From assembly GCA_965216635.1 (NCBI GenBank), contig OZ244188.1, positions 32,001 to 96,000 on the forward strand: 64,000 nucleotides of DNA, written 5' to 3'. Below the pieces are notes generated by a model that had not been told where the DNA came from, did not search any database, and saw only the letters and a program-made list of their open reading frames with translations. This DNA comes from a bacterium. Lineage in GTDB: Bacteria > SAR324 > XYD2-FULL-50-16 > G965216635. Shown here in pieces: positions 1 through 9,989 of this stretch. A program made the position numbers and the translations under genes. The first letter of the stretch is position 1; the number at the start of each line of letters is the position of its first letter.

Positions 1-547
1 CCACCACCCTACAATCCGAATCTAAAATTCTTTCCTTTAAAGCGTCTGGAGAAAAACCTCCAAACACTACCGAATGAACAGCTCCAATCCTAGCACAGCT
101 AAGCATAGCTACTACTGCTTCTAAAACCATAGGCATGTAGATACAAACTCTGTCGCCCTTTTTCACACCGCAATTTTTCAGCACATTAGAAAATTTGCAA
201 ATTTCTTCATACAGTCTTTGGTAGCTCCATTTATGGCTTTGATTGGGATCATCTCCTTCCCAGATTAGAGCTGTTTGACTAGCCCTTTTTTCTAAATGTC
301 TATCTACACAGTTATAGCATACATTGAGTTCCGCTCCTTCAAACCAAGCAATTTTTGCAGTTTCAAAATCACAATTTTGCACTCTGTCCCATTTTTTATA
401 CCAGCTTAAGAACTGTTCTGCTTGCTCTGCCCAAAAAACATCAGGTTCTTCTATAGATCTACGATACATCTGCTCGTAATTTTCTTTAGAGATGGGAGCA
501 GTTTCAGCAATATTTTGAAAAACAGGGTAAGTTTTTGTTTCGCTCAT
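1..547 (-). CDS. acs: Acetyl-CoA synthetase, N-terminal part (runs off the window)
   Basis: Manual translation from ATG at 547: MSETKTYPV...WFEGAELNVCYNCVDRHL...ALIWEGDDP...GVKKGDRVCIYMPM...CARIGAVHSVVFGGFS. Confidence 0.95.
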   Translation of the reverse strand, partial: MSETKTYPVFQNIAETAPISKENYEQMYRRSIEEPDVFWAEQAEQFLSWYKKWDRVQNCDFETAKIAWFEGAELNVCYNCVDRHLEKRASQTALIWEGDDPNQSHKWSYQRLYEEICKFSNVLKNCGVKKGDRVCIYMPMVLEAVVAMLSCARIGAVHSVVFGGFSPDALKERILDSDCRVV

Positions 548-891
548 AATTTTATTTTGAAGAGGTATAAAATCCCATTTTTTTCCCTACTCTTTTTTTT
601 TGCTTGTTCGTATATGTTATTTTTTTTCATAATAGTTTAAGAGCTTTAAATTAGACATTCTACTGATCCAACTATTGGGCTATGCTTGCCTAATCAAAAG
701 GTATTAGTTTTGGTTTAAAGTTGATAATGATTTTTCTAAACATACTCTATGAAGTGAAACAAATCAAGAGAAAATTTTTTATTGAGAAAAATATCGCAGT
801 AAAAATCGACACAAAACTTGAGTGAGGGAAATATTAGGTTAGATGGGCTTGTATAATTTGTAAAGCCGTGAATTTGAAAGAGATTTACTTA

Positions 892-1236
892 TTAGGATGC
901 TGTTTTGTTTAATTCTATTCTCAGCCGTATTAATTTAGCAAAACAATAGCAAAATATACATACAGAACAAAAATGTATCCAAACCAACCCGCCTTTAATT
1001 TGTAATAACCACTCAATCCACAAATCGGCTATAAGGGGATAAAATGAGGAGCTTATTTTCAGAACTATATTCAAAAAAATGCAAAAAAAACTTAAAAATA
1101 AGCCTAAAAATATAATTTTTCTGAGTCTATGGTTTGGAGACTGATAAGACTCTGCCCAAGCTAAAACATTCAACCACATCAAGACAATAACATAATATTC
1201 TAGAGATATCTTTGCTAATATTTCTTCCGAAGTCAT
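892..1236 (-). CDS. Hypothetical membrane protein (about 3 TM)
   Basis: 114-aa ORF with three hydrophobic segments, directly downstream of 1261..1917. Confidence 0.55.
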   Translation of the reverse strand: MTSEEILAKISLEYYVIVLMWLNVLAWAESYQSPNHRLRKIIFLGLFLSFFCIFLNIVLKISSSFYPLIADLWIEWLLQIKGGLVWIHFCSVCIFCYCFAKLIRLRIELNKTAS

Positions 1237-1260
1237 TGCAATTGTCTTAATGTATTTAGA

Positions 1261-1917
1261 TTAGCTTTTAAAAAATTCCGCTTGCAGCTCGAAAGTTTTT
1301 TTGCAATTTACAATAGGGTGGTTGGCGTATCTTTTCTCAAAATTAAAAAAAGGTAAGTCAATAGAACTCTTTTGATAAATATTATAATTTCTTTTTTCCT
1401 CATCATATCCGTGGCTTGAGATGTAACAATATTTACCACCGTCAGATATTCTAAAATGATCCTCTTTTTTGCGTTCTTTAGGATTGTATTTAATTTCAAC
1501 ATTCTCATATTTTTTAGCTAATTTATTTATGAGTAGTTCATCCTTACAATTAAAATGAATACTAATGCTGATATTTTTATTTCTAATCTTATCTTGTAAC
1601 GCATCTATAACTTTTTGATTATTGTAAATACTCTCCCCCATTGAATTACCATCGTCAAAAATCTGAAGATTTTTTTTAGTATTTTTTATTTGTTCTAAAA
1701 AGTTGCCAACAGCTGCAGTATTATCATTTTCTCCAGATTTTAATGGGGTAAAATAAACACCAATATAATAATACTTCCAGCATAAAATGAGCGGAACCAA
1801 TATAGCCAGCGATAAAAGTATTACAAGAAATAACTCAACCCCACCCAAACTAATTACTAAAAAATACGGGAGTGATAAACCTATTAATACTCCAAAATAA
1901 GTTAGTACTGTTTTCAT
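1261..1917 (-). CDS. Hypothetical protein, 2 N-terminal TM helices plus soluble domain (possibly degenerate PLD-like)
   Basis: ORF track 1261..1965; start moved to ATG 1917 because the upstream codons run into the MITE; HFRISDGGKYCYISSH only loosely resembles a PLD motif region. Confidence 0.6.
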   Translation of the reverse strand: MKTVLTYFGVLIGLSLPYFLVISLGGVELFLVILLSLAILVPLILCWKYYYIGVYFTPLKSGENDNTAAVGNFLEQIKNTKKNLQIFDDGNSMGESIYNNQKVIDALQDKIRNKNISISIHFNCKDELLINKLAKKYENVEIKYNPKERKKEDHFRISDGGKYCYISSHGYDEEKRNYNIYQKSSIDLPFFNFEKRYANHPIVNCKKTFELQAEFFKS

Positions 1918-1933
1918 AGTTTTATAATTATAA

Positions 1934-2222
1934 TAGACTTTTGAATTTGCATTCTGTTTAGTCAAAACAAGCTTATTGCTTTCACCCTATACGGGCTTTA
2001 GCAAAAGAGCCAGTGGCTCTTTTACATTTCTTTTTTGCCTTATTTAGACCACATAACGCAAGTTTTGTAACGTTTTTCACTACGCCATTGAAAAAATTTT
2101 TAACTCTTGCCATTTGTGAAGAAATGCTCTTCAGTATTCCAGCGAGCTAAAAATTTTTTCCGCACTTTTCTAACCATTTGGCTAGCCCCGTGGGGTAAGC
2201 ATCAGCGAAATTCAAAGGTCTA
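1934..2222. mobile_element. Modular MITE copy
   Basis: Ends TAGACTTTTGAATTTGC and GCGAAATTCAAAGGTCTA; flanks TATAA/TATGA (4 of 5 match). Confidence 0.8.
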
Positions 2223-2569
2223 TATGAGTTACAGAAGATAACCTTCTGTTTAGATTAAGATTTATTTAATTCACGAATTGTGAAAAGAACAATTTGGATA
2301 GAAAAAAAGAAAAAGTCAATACTTTTCTGTAAAATTTCTCGTCTAAAAAAAAATTATCCTATTTTTCATACAAAAATTCAACCTTAATAGTAGAATTTTT
2401 ATTCAAATTACAATAAATCAGAGCAAATTTTAAACCCAAAAACAAAAAAAAACAAGTTGAAGGTTTAATTATGCGAATAAGAAGTTACAAAAAAATTGTA
2501 TTTTTACTAAAAATTTGTTCTAATAGCAAAGTATTATGCTTTACGGAACATCAATGCAAAGGTCTTATT

Positions 2570-3037
2570 ATGTTGACAACAGAAATCAAAAGATACCTAA
2601 AGAATTCCGTTCTTTGTTGGTTAGCTACTTCTAGCAACACCGCTATTCCCAATGTTTCACCCAAAGAAATTTTTTTATCGTATGGAGATACAAAAATATT
2701 GGTTGCTAATATTGCTTCTCCCAAAACTGTGCGTAATATTCAGAAAAATCCTTGTGTTTGTATTAGTTTTATCAATGTGTTTATCCAAAAAGGCTATAAA
2801 ATTCAAGGACAAGCGAAAATTATTAAAAAAAGTGACTCAGACTTTATGGAAAAGCACGGCTTATTAAAAGAATTAGCAGGGGAAAAATTTTCTATTCAAA
2901 GTATTATTGAAATCACAGCTACAAGCACAGAGCCTATTATAGCTCCAAGCTACCGCTTTTACCCTGAGACGAACGAGCAAGAGCAAATCCAATCAGCGAG
3001 AATAAGTTATGGAGTTGTGCGGAAAAAAGAATACTAA
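2570..3037 (+). CDS. Pyridoxamine 5'-phosphate oxidase family FMN-binding protein
   Basis: SVLCWLATSS...PNVSPKE...IANIASPKTVRNIQKNP...QKGYKIQG; probable start MLTTEIK at 2570. Confidence 0.85.
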   Translation: MLTTEIKRYLKNSVLCWLATSSNTAIPNVSPKEIFLSYGDTKILVANIASPKTVRNIQKNPCVCISFINVFIQKGYKIQGQAKIIKKSDSDFMEKHGLLKELAGEKFSIQSIIEITATSTEPIIAPSYRFYPETNEQEQIQSARISYGVVRKKEY

Positions 3038-3039
3038 TC

Positions 3040-3097
3040 TAGACTTTTGAATTTGCATTCTGTTTTGCTGAACCAGAATGTCTAATTCAACAGCCTC
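3040..3097. mobile_element. Minimal MITE copy (little more than paired ends)
   Basis: TAGACTTTTGAATTTGCATTCTG...CAGAATGTCTAATTCAACAGCCTC. Confidence 0.7.
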
Positions 3098-3099
3098 AT

Positions 3100-3183
3100 T
3101 TAGTCTTTATCAAAAAAGACTTCATAAATAGCAACTATTCCAAAAAAAGCAGTTACCATTCTAAATGGTATAAGCATAAACAT
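3100..3183 (-). CDS. Small hydrophobic peptide, 27 aa (MFMLIPFRMVTAFFGIVAIYEVFFDKD)
   Basis: Manual translation; paralogous to 3962..4033. Confidence 0.4.
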   Translation of the reverse strand: MFMLIPFRMVTAFFGIVAIYEVFFDKD

Positions 3184-3210
3184 TATAATTTTTTTAGAAG
3201 GTTGTTAATT

Positions 3211-3478
3211 TTAATAGTTTTTATAAATGATGCTCCTATGTCCTATATCAATAAGGATTATGATAAGTTTTGTTTCTTCCAATTTGAATATTATTCTATA
3301 ATTGCCAACTCTAGCCCTTGAAACAGATTCTTTGTTTCTCAGTAATAATGTAGAATATTTTTTTGAATCTTTGATTGGTTTTTCTTGGAGAAAATTTTTT
3401 ATTTTTTTTTGAACAGGCTTATCAAGTTTAGAAATTTTTTTTTCTACTCTCTTTTCAAACTTAATGCCTCCAAGCCAT
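3211..3478 (-). pseudogene. relE: RelE/ParE-family toxin, frameshifted
   Basis: Fragments in different frames: MAWR, KKISKLDKPVQKKI, RARVGNYRIIFKLEETKLIIILIDIGHRSIIY. Confidence 0.75.
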
Positions 3479-3694
3479 ATTTTTCTATAATATCTTCAAA
3501 ATCTATTAATTCCGTTTTTTTAGAATCAATATCAGACAAAACCTGTTTTGCATATTTCAAATCAGCATAATCAGCAATATACTGTTCTATCAATTCTCTG
3601 ACAATATAACCTTTACTCTTATCTTCATCCAAGGCTACCTTGCAAGGGAGTTGTATAATTTTTCAGGAACTTGAAAAGAAAATATTTTGTTCAT
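3444..3694 (-). pseudogene. RHH/CopG (RelB-like) antitoxin, frameshifted
   Basis: ATG 3694 gives MNKIFSFQVPEKLYNSLA, then a 1-nt shift near 3640 continues VALDEDKSKGYIVRELIEQYIADYADL; overlaps the relE start. Confidence 0.7.
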
Positions 3695-3961
3695 GGTTTG
3701 TTGGTTACAAATTCATAATAGTTATTATCTTATAATAAAAACCATTAAAATCAATTATTGAATTACCCATACACTTCTATTGAAATTTTGGTTTTATTGT
3801 GTGAAATAAAATTTATGAAAAATTTTTTCTTTATAAGACTCCAATCAATTTACTAAAAAAAAAGAACCATTTTTAATTACTAGAGTAGGTATAGGTGCGG
3901 AAACTTCAGACGGGATACTCTCAAGTTTTGCGTCTCGGACTTGGGAGGGAAAAAAAAGTAT

Positions 3962-4033
3962 TTAGTCTATAGGGTAAAGCACCATAAAAGCAAATAGTAA
4001 CAAAACCATACCAAAAGGAATAAGCATAAACAT
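3962..4033 (-). CDS. Small hydrophobic peptide, 23 aa (MFMLIPFGMVLLLFAFMVLYPID)
   Basis: Manual translation; ATG abuts the TAA of 4034..4246; paralogous to 3100..3183. Confidence 0.45.
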   Translation of the reverse strand: MFMLIPFGMVLLLFAFMVLYPID

Positions 4034-4246
4034 TTATAACTCCTTAATAAGTTTAATAATTTTATAAAACACTATAACAATAAAAATTATAAAAAAAAAT
4101 AATATAACTAGACTTGATGCTATTCTATCTGCACCAAGTTTTTCATAAATTCTATAAGTCCATCCAACAATACCAAAAATAGCAAGCAAACCAAAACTTA
4201 AAATCAATCTATAGAGTGCTAATTTTTCTTTAATTTTATCATTCAT
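4034..4246 (-). CDS. Small 2-TM hypothetical protein
   Basis: 70-aa ORF, ATG start, two hydrophobic helices. Confidence 0.6.
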   Translation of the reverse strand: MNDKIKEKLALYRLILSFGLLAIFGIVGWTYRIYEKLGADRIASSLVILFFFIIFIVIVFYKIIKLIKEL

Positions 4247-4295
4247 AATTTTTTGATACTAAAAAAAGTTTTTATTAGGCAAAATTTTTTTCTTT

Positions 4296-5714
4296 TTAAG
4301 GTTTCTTAGAAGCAGAATTTTTCTTATTAGAAGGGGTGGTTTTCTTAATTTGGATAAGAATAATCTGGTCTTCTACCATATTTCTCACTTCAAAAGAAAA
4401 ATCATTTACCTCTACCTTGTCGCCTACTTTGGGAAGTCTTTTTAAATAAAACATAATCAAGCCTTGTAGGGTGTCGTAAGGATGTTTGTCGTGTGGGTCA
4501 GGGTCGGCTCCTGTGATTCTACAAAAGCTATTTAAATCTACTACATTTTTGGCAAACCAAATATTTTTTCCTAAGGGTAAAATAGAAGAATCGTCTTTGT
4601 GTTTGTCTGCTTCGTCGTTAATTTCCCCTACAATTTCTTCTAAAATATCTTCTAGGGTAATAATTCCATCAAAAGCACCAAAATCATCTACCACTATTCC
4701 TATATGTTTTCTTTCTTTTTGGAATTTTTCTAAAGTATTGACAATGCTTGTTTTTTTATAGATATAGGTTGCTTCGCTGGCAATATCCGATAATTTGAGA
4801 TTTGCCGATAGTTTGAGATTTGCCGATTTTTTTTTAAAGAGTTGTTTAAAAACATCCTTTTGGTGAACAACGGCTGTGATATTATCTATTTTGTTGTGGT
4901 AGATGGGAATTCTAGAATAATCAGATTTTGCAATATCTTCTATAACATCGTTGAGTTTTTCGTTGGCAGGTAGAATAAAAACGTTCGTCCTAGGAGTCAT
5001 AATCTCGCTGACAGTGGTATCTGTAAATTCTAAAATGTTCTTGATAGCTGTTTTTTCGCTTTTTTCAAAAACTCCCTGTTTTTCTCCTGTATTAACGATT
5101 GCCAGTAATTGATCATCTGAAATATTGTCTTCCTCGCTGCGTCCAAACAATCTACTGATAAGTCCCGATAGAGCAACCGATGATATGGATAAAGGATAAA
5201 AAATTATGTAGAAGAAATAGATAAAGGGTGAGATTAAAACACCCAAACGGAAACTATTGAAAATAGCAATATTTTTAGGAATGATTTCTCCAAAAAAGAG
5301 TATGAGTAAAATCAAAATAGCACTGGAGAGCGATACTGCAATTTCTCTAGCCAAGCCTAAATTAACTATAATTCTGGTAAAAAGATAACTTCCATAAATA
5401 CTAGCAAATACATTGGCGATATTATTACCTATAAGGATGGTAGAGAGTATCATCACTTTTTTTATGAGAAGTTTGTGTAAAAAACGATATTGTTTTTTAA
5501 GGAGATTGCCGTTTTCATCCTGAATTTGGTATTCTTTAATATGAAAAATTGCTATTTCAGCGGCAGAAAAAAAACCAGAAAGGGCAATTAGGAAGAATAA
5601 AATAGTGAAATTGTACAGGGTTACAGCTTGATCCAAAGATGATAAAATACTTTCAAAATTTCCTACAAGATTTAAAAAAGTATTTCCTATAAGGTTTTTA
5701 ATGTCCGCAATCAT
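4296..5714 (-). CDS. HlyC/CorC-family transporter (DUF21-CBS-CorC)
   Basis: LSGFFSAAEIA, ILIGNNIAN, FGEIIPK, IMTPR, YSRIPIY, VVDDFG...GIITLEDILEEIVGEI. Confidence 0.93.
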   Translation of the reverse strand: MIADIKNLIGNTFLNLVGNFESILSSLDQAVTLYNFTILFFLIALSGFFSAAEIAIFHIKEYQIQDENGNLLKKQYRFLHKLLIKKVMILSTILIGNNIANVFASIYGSYLFTRIIVNLGLAREIAVSLSSAILILLILFFGEIIPKNIAIFNSFRLGVLISPFIYFFYIIFYPLSISSVALSGLISRLFGRSEEDNISDDQLLAIVNTGEKQGVFEKSEKTAIKNILEFTDTTVSEIMTPRTNVFILPANEKLNDVIEDIAKSDYSRIPIYHNKIDNITAVVHQKDVFKQLFKKKSANLKLSANLKLSDIASEATYIYKKTSIVNTLEKFQKERKHIGIVVDDFGAFDGIITLEDILEEIVGEINDEADKHKDDSSILPLGKNIWFAKNVVDLNSFCRITGADPDPHDKHPYDTLQGLIMFYLKRLPKVGDKVEVNDFSFEVRNMVEDQIILIQIKKTTPSNKKNSASKKP

Positions 5715-6439
5715 TTCTTTTTTTCTTTTTGTTCTTGAAGGTATGTTTCATCTATGACTAAAACGCGTAGACAATGTGGGCAGGAAGAATGAGCTTCTGA
5801 AAGAATGCTTTGGAACATTTGAGGAGCTAAAGACATAGAACAAGCGGAACATCGCGATTCTGTGATTGCTACCACTGAGGGGAATATTTTTTTTTCTCGC
5901 AACTGCTCTATTTTTGCTACAAAATCCTTATCTAAACTCTCTAATAAAAGGTTTTGCTCCGATAATAATTTATCGTATTCATTTTGCGGGGATGCTGTTT
6001 GTTCTTCAAAGGAATTTTTGGTTTCTTGCAGTTCTTTTAAGAAATGATTTTTCTCTTCTTCTAGTTTATTCCATTGCTCCTGATATTTTTTTTGCTTTAA
6101 ACCCAACTCTTCCATCTCTTTTTGGTAGTGAGTAAGGAATTTTTCAGAAATATTTTTTTCTGCTTTAGATTGCCGATAAACTTTACTTTCTTTAGATTGG
6201 GAAACCAACTTTGAATGATTGCGAAAAGCCTCTTGCTCCAAAGAAAGTAGTTTTTTCATCTCCTTTCTTTGGTTTTCTAAGATGGTAATTTGTTTTTTAA
6301 GAATTTGTTGTTTTTCCAAAAGAATTTTTTCTTTTGTAGCCGTCTTTTCTTTAAGGCTAATATAGGGATGTCTCCAAATAATAGAGTTTAGTTCTGTTAT
6401 TTTTTTTTCTTTTTCTAGGAATGAGTGGTATTTTTTCAT
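5711..6439 (-). CDS. Coiled-coil protein with C4 zinc ribbon (DUF164-like)
   Basis: Long coiled coil followed by CSACSM...CPHCLRVL. Confidence 0.85.
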   Translation of the reverse strand: MKKYHSFLEKEKKITELNSIIWRHPYISLKEKTATKEKILLEKQQILKKQITILENQRKEMKKLLSLEQEAFRNHSKLVSQSKESKVYRQSKAEKNISEKFLTHYQKEMEELGLKQKKYQEQWNKLEEEKNHFLKELQETKNSFEEQTASPQNEYDKLLSEQNLLLESLDKDFVAKIEQLREKKIFPSVVAITESRCSACSMSLAPQMFQSILSEAHSSCPHCLRVLVIDETYLQEQKEKKK

Positions 6440-6448
6440 CTTATTTTA

Positions 6449-6666
6449 GAGACCTTTGCATTAGCGGTTTGTCTAGCCAAGGCGATCGTTAATTTTTTTT
6501 AATGGCGTCTTGCCACAATAATGAGACCAGGCACTACAAAAATTAGTGATTAGCGGCAAAGGAATGAAAAAGTGCCAAAGGCACTTTTTCTATAGCCTAT
6601 TTAAAGCAATAAGCTTGTTTTGGCTAAACAGCTAGTTTTGTCCTATTTGGCAAATTCAAAAGTCTA
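6449..6666. mobile_element. Modular MITE copy
   Basis: GAGACCTTTGCATTAGC ... GTTTTGTCCTATTTGGCAAATTCAAAAGTCTA. Confidence 0.75.
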
Positions 6667-6683
6667 TTTAATGATTTCTAGAG

Positions 6684-6757
6684 TGGGCCCACCAGGACTT
6701 GAACCTGGGACCTCCCGGTTATGAGCCGGATGCTCTAACCAACTGAGCTATAGGCCC
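6684..6757 (-). tRNA. tRNA with CAT anticodon, most likely tRNA-Ile2; CCA not encoded
   Basis: GGGCCTATAGCTCAGTTGGTTAGAGCATCCGGCT-CAT-AACCGGGAGGTCCCAGGTTCAAGTCCTGGTGGGCCCA folds as a cloverleaf and lacks initiator features. Confidence 0.93.
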
Positions 6758-6763
6758 CTTTTT

Positions 6764-7939
6764 TTAACTTGCTAATTCTATAGCTTTCTTAGTAGCTTTA
6801 GAAAAATCATTAACAAGTATCAAATTTTTTTGGTAATTAGAATTTTCTAGAATTTCTTTTGCCTTTTCTGAGTTTGTGCCTTCTAAACGAATAATTATAG
6901 GAATAGAAACATTTGTTTTTTTAAAGGCTTTTAAGATTCCTTCGGCTATAAGATCACAGCGCACTATACCGCCAAAAATATTTACTAAAATAGACTTCAC
7001 ATTTTTATCTTCGCTGATAATACGAAAAGCCGCTTCTACTTTTTCTGAGTTTGTGCCTCCGCCAACATCTAAAAAGTTAGCTGGATATCCACCGTAGTGT
7101 TGAATAATATCCATAGTTGCCATAGCTAAACCAGCACCATTAACCATACAGCCTATAGTTCCTTCTAGCTTAATGAAATTTAAGTCAAACTCCTTCGCTT
7201 TAATTTCTGCCTGATTTTCTTCACTTAAATCTCTTAACTGCTTCCATTCAGGATGCCTAAAACTAGCGTTATCATCAAAATTGATTTTGCAATCTAAAGG
7301 CATAATATCATTTTGCGCGGTTATAACGAGTGGGTTTATTTCTAAAAGAGAAGCGTCTGTTTCCATAAAGGCAAGGTAGAGTGATCTTAAAATTTTCCCC
7401 ATTTTTTTAACCAAATTGGGTTCTATTTTGTGCAAGCCTAAAGCAAAAGCTATATTTCTAGTGTAAAAACTTCTCATACCATAAGTAGGCTCAATTTTCT
7501 GTTTAATAATTTTATCAGGGGTTTTGGCAGCGACTTCTTCTATGTCCATCCCCCCTTCAGTAGAAGCTAAAACCACTGGCATTCTGCTCTCTCTGTCTAC
7601 TAAAATAGAAAGATATAGTTCCTTTTTAATTGCTACTCCTTGTTCTACCAGCACTTTGGATACTTTCTGTCCTTCTTTGGAAGTTTGAGGTGTCACCAAA
7701 CTCATACCCAATATTTTTTTTGTGTTTTCTTCTAGTTCGTTTAGATTTTTGCAAACCTTGACGCCTCCGCCTTTACCCCTTCCGCCAGCGTGAATTTGTG
7801 CTTTGACGACAGCTATTTCTGAGGGAAATTTTTTTGCTATATTTATAGCTTCTGCTACTGAAAAAGCAACACTGCCTTGCGGCAAAGGGATGTTGTGATT
7901 TCTTAAAATTTCTTTTGCTTGGTACTCGTGTATTTTCAT
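6764..7939 (-). CDS. sucC: Succinyl-CoA synthetase beta subunit
   Basis: MKIHEYQAK, KAQIHAGGRGKGGGVK, NGAGLAMATMD, NFLDVGGG, NIFGGIVRCD. Confidence 0.98.
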   Translation of the reverse strand: MKIHEYQAKEILRNHNIPLPQGSVAFSVAEAINIAKKFPSEIAVVKAQIHAGGRGKGGGVKVCKNLNELEENTKKILGMSLVTPQTSKEGQKVSKVLVEQGVAIKKELYLSILVDRESRMPVVLASTEGGMDIEEVAAKTPDKIIKQKIEPTYGMRSFYTRNIAFALGLHKIEPNLVKKMGKILRSLYLAFMETDASLLEINPLVITAQNDIMPLDCKINFDDNASFRHPEWKQLRDLSEENQAEIKAKEFDLNFIKLEGTIGCMVNGAGLAMATMDIIQHYGGYPANFLDVGGGTNSEKVEAAFRIISEDKNVKSILVNIFGGIVRCDLIAEGILKAFKKTNVSIPIIIRLEGTNSEKAKEILENSNYQKNLILVNDFSKATKKAIELAS

Positions 7940-7953
7940 AATTTATATTTTAA

Positions 7954-8224
7954 TAGACTTTTGAATTTGCATTCTGTTTAGCCAAAACAAGCTTATTGCT
8001 TTCACTCTATACAAGCTTTAGCAAAAGAGCCACTGGCTCTTTTGCAGTCTATATTGTGTTAGCTTTAAGTTTTGTAGTGTTTTTTGCTTCGCTGTTAAAA
8101 AAAAATTTTGTCCCTTGAAATACTTGAGTATTCCTGCGACCCAAAATTTTTTTTTGCACCTGTTCTAACCATTTGGCTAGCCGTCACAGCTAGTTTTGTC
8201 CTATTTGGCAAATTCAAAGGTCTA
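7954..8224. mobile_element. Modular MITE copy with TTTAA target-site duplication
   Basis: TIRs TAGACTTTTGAATTTGC / GCAAATTCAAAGGTCTA; TTTAA at 7949-7953 and 8225-8229. Confidence 0.88.
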
Positions 8225-8237
8225 TTTAATCTTTTTT

Positions 8238-9989
8238 TTATTTAAAAGATGACCAAAATTTTTTCATTTTTCCTAAAAAACCTACTTTAGATTTTTGGTT
8301 GGTATTGATAAAATAACGGTTTATGGCACTAACACTAGCTAAAAAAGAAGCTTTGATTGTATCTGAGTGTATTCCTATTCCGTAATAAAAACTTTTATCA
8401 GGAAAACTAATTTCAAAATAACAAACCCCCGTTGCACTAGAACCAATTCCTAAAGTGTGTTGTTGGTAATTTGTAGTTTTACAATCTAGCAAGAATTCTT
8501 TTTTTATGCAATTAATAAAAGAATCTATGGGTCCATTGCCTTTATCTTGAACTTTATGGGTTTTAGAATTAAAGGAAAAAATAACTTCACAAGATACTTC
8601 TTCGTTTTCGTGCTTTAGTTGAAATTCTTTCAACTTTAGTGGGGTTTCGTGATCATAATAATTTAAGAAGGTATCATAAATTTTGTTTGGCTGCACTTCT
8701 GTTCCTGTTTCTTCTGAAAGAGTTTGAATTTGTCTACTAAATTCAATAGCCATTTTTCTTGGTATTTTGAGATTGTATTTTTTCTCTAAAATATAGGCTA
8801 CGCCTCCTTTTCCAGACTGGCTGTTGATGCGAATAGGCTCGTATTTTCTGTTTAAGTCTTCGGGGTCTATTGGCAAATAAGGAACATCCCAAAAGTCTGA
8901 CTTTTGCCCGTATATTTTTTTCTGGTTCATTTTTTTCTGGTTCATTTTTTTCATGCCTTTGCTAATCGCATCTTGGTGCGATCCTGAAAAAGCAGTAAAA
9001 ACCAAATCTCCTACATAGGGATGTCTTTTACCAACAAGCAATTTGTTGCATTCTTCTGTTAAATCTTTGATGGCATCTATGTCGCGGAAATCTAATTCTG
9101 GATCTATTCCTTGACTAAAAAGATTCAAAGCCAAAACGACCAAATCTACATTGCCCGTTCTTTCTCCGTTGCCAAAAAGAGTGCCTTCCACTCTATCAGC
9201 TCCAGCCATTAAAGCGAGTTCGGTAGCAGCTATAGCTGTTCCCCTATCGTTGTGTGGATGCAGGCTTAAAATAATGTTTTCTCTATATTTTAAATTATTC
9301 AAAAACCACTCAATAGAATCTGCATACACATTAGGTGTGCTTACTTCCACAGTGGCAGGTAAATTTAAAATCATTTTGGATTGAGAGGTAGGCTGCCAAA
9401 CATCTACAACCGCCTCGCATATTTCTAAAGAGTAATCTAGCTCTGTTTGTGTAAAACTTTCAGGAGAATACTGATAGGTAATTTTTGTCTCAGGTATTTT
9501 TTGAATCTGCTCTTTAACAAATTTTGTTCCCTCCACTGCAATTGCCATAATTTCTTTTTTATTTTTTCCAAAAACGACATCACGTTGTGTTTTAGAAGTA
9601 GAGTTATAAAGATGAAAAATGGCTTTTTTTGCTCCCTTTAAAGATGAAATCGTCTTTTCAATAAGAATCTCTCGGGCTTGGCAGAGCACTTGAATATTTA
9701 CTTCTTCTGGGATTTGATTGTCCTCTATCAAAAACCGTACAAAATCGTATTCCACGGTAGCTGCTGCTGGAAATCCCACTTCTATTTCTTTAAAACCGAT
9801 ATTTAACAACTTTTGATAAAACTTGAATTTTTCTGCAAGACTCATTGGCTCTATCAGCGATTGATTACCATCTCTTAAATCCACACTACACCAGATAGGT
9901 GCTTTGGTAATACTTTTAGAGGGCCAAGTGCGTTCTGGAAAATCTAAGGTAGGATAGGGTTTGTATCTATTAAAGAGCATTTTCGTCAT
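8238..9989 (-). CDS. leuA: 2-isopropylmalate synthase (yeast/actinobacterial type)
   Basis: WCSVDLRDGNQ, YSPESF, NLPATVE, SLHPHNDRG, GNGERTGN, FSGSHQDAI, RINSQSGKGG. Confidence 0.97.
   Translation of the reverse strand: MTKMLFNRYKPYPTLDFPERTWPSKSITKAPIWCSVDLRDGNQSLIEPMSLAEKFKFYQKLLNIGFKEIEVGFPAAATVEYDFVRFLIEDNQIPEEVNIQVLCQAREILIEKTISSLKGAKKAIFHLYNSTSKTQRDVVFGKNKKEIMAIAVEGTKFVKEQIQKIPETKITYQYSPESFTQTELDYSLEICEAVVDVWQPTSQSKMILNLPATVEVSTPNVYADSIEWFLNNLKYRENIILSLHPHNDRGTAIAATELALMAGADRVEGTLFGNGERTGNVDLVVLALNLFSQGIDPELDFRDIDAIKDLTEECNKLLVGKRHPYVGDLVFTAFSGSHQDAISKGMKKMNQKKMNQKKIYGQKSDFWDVPYLPIDPEDLNRKYEPIRINSQSGKGGVAYILEKKYNLKIPRKMAIEFSRQIQTLSEETGTEVQPNKIYDTFLNYYDHETPLKLKEFQLKHENEEVSCEVIFSFNSKTHKVQDKGNGPIDSFINCIKKEFLLDCKTTNYQQHTLGIGSSATGVCYFEISFPDKSFYYGIGIHSDTIKASFLASVSAINRYFINTNQKSKVGFLGKMKKFWSSFK

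Noticed and set aside
6684..6757. tRNA-fMet call, or tRNA as a genomic-island attachment site
   Set aside because: It has a paired G1-C72 and no GGG/CCC anticodon stem, so it is not an initiator. I saw no duplicated 3' end or integrase.
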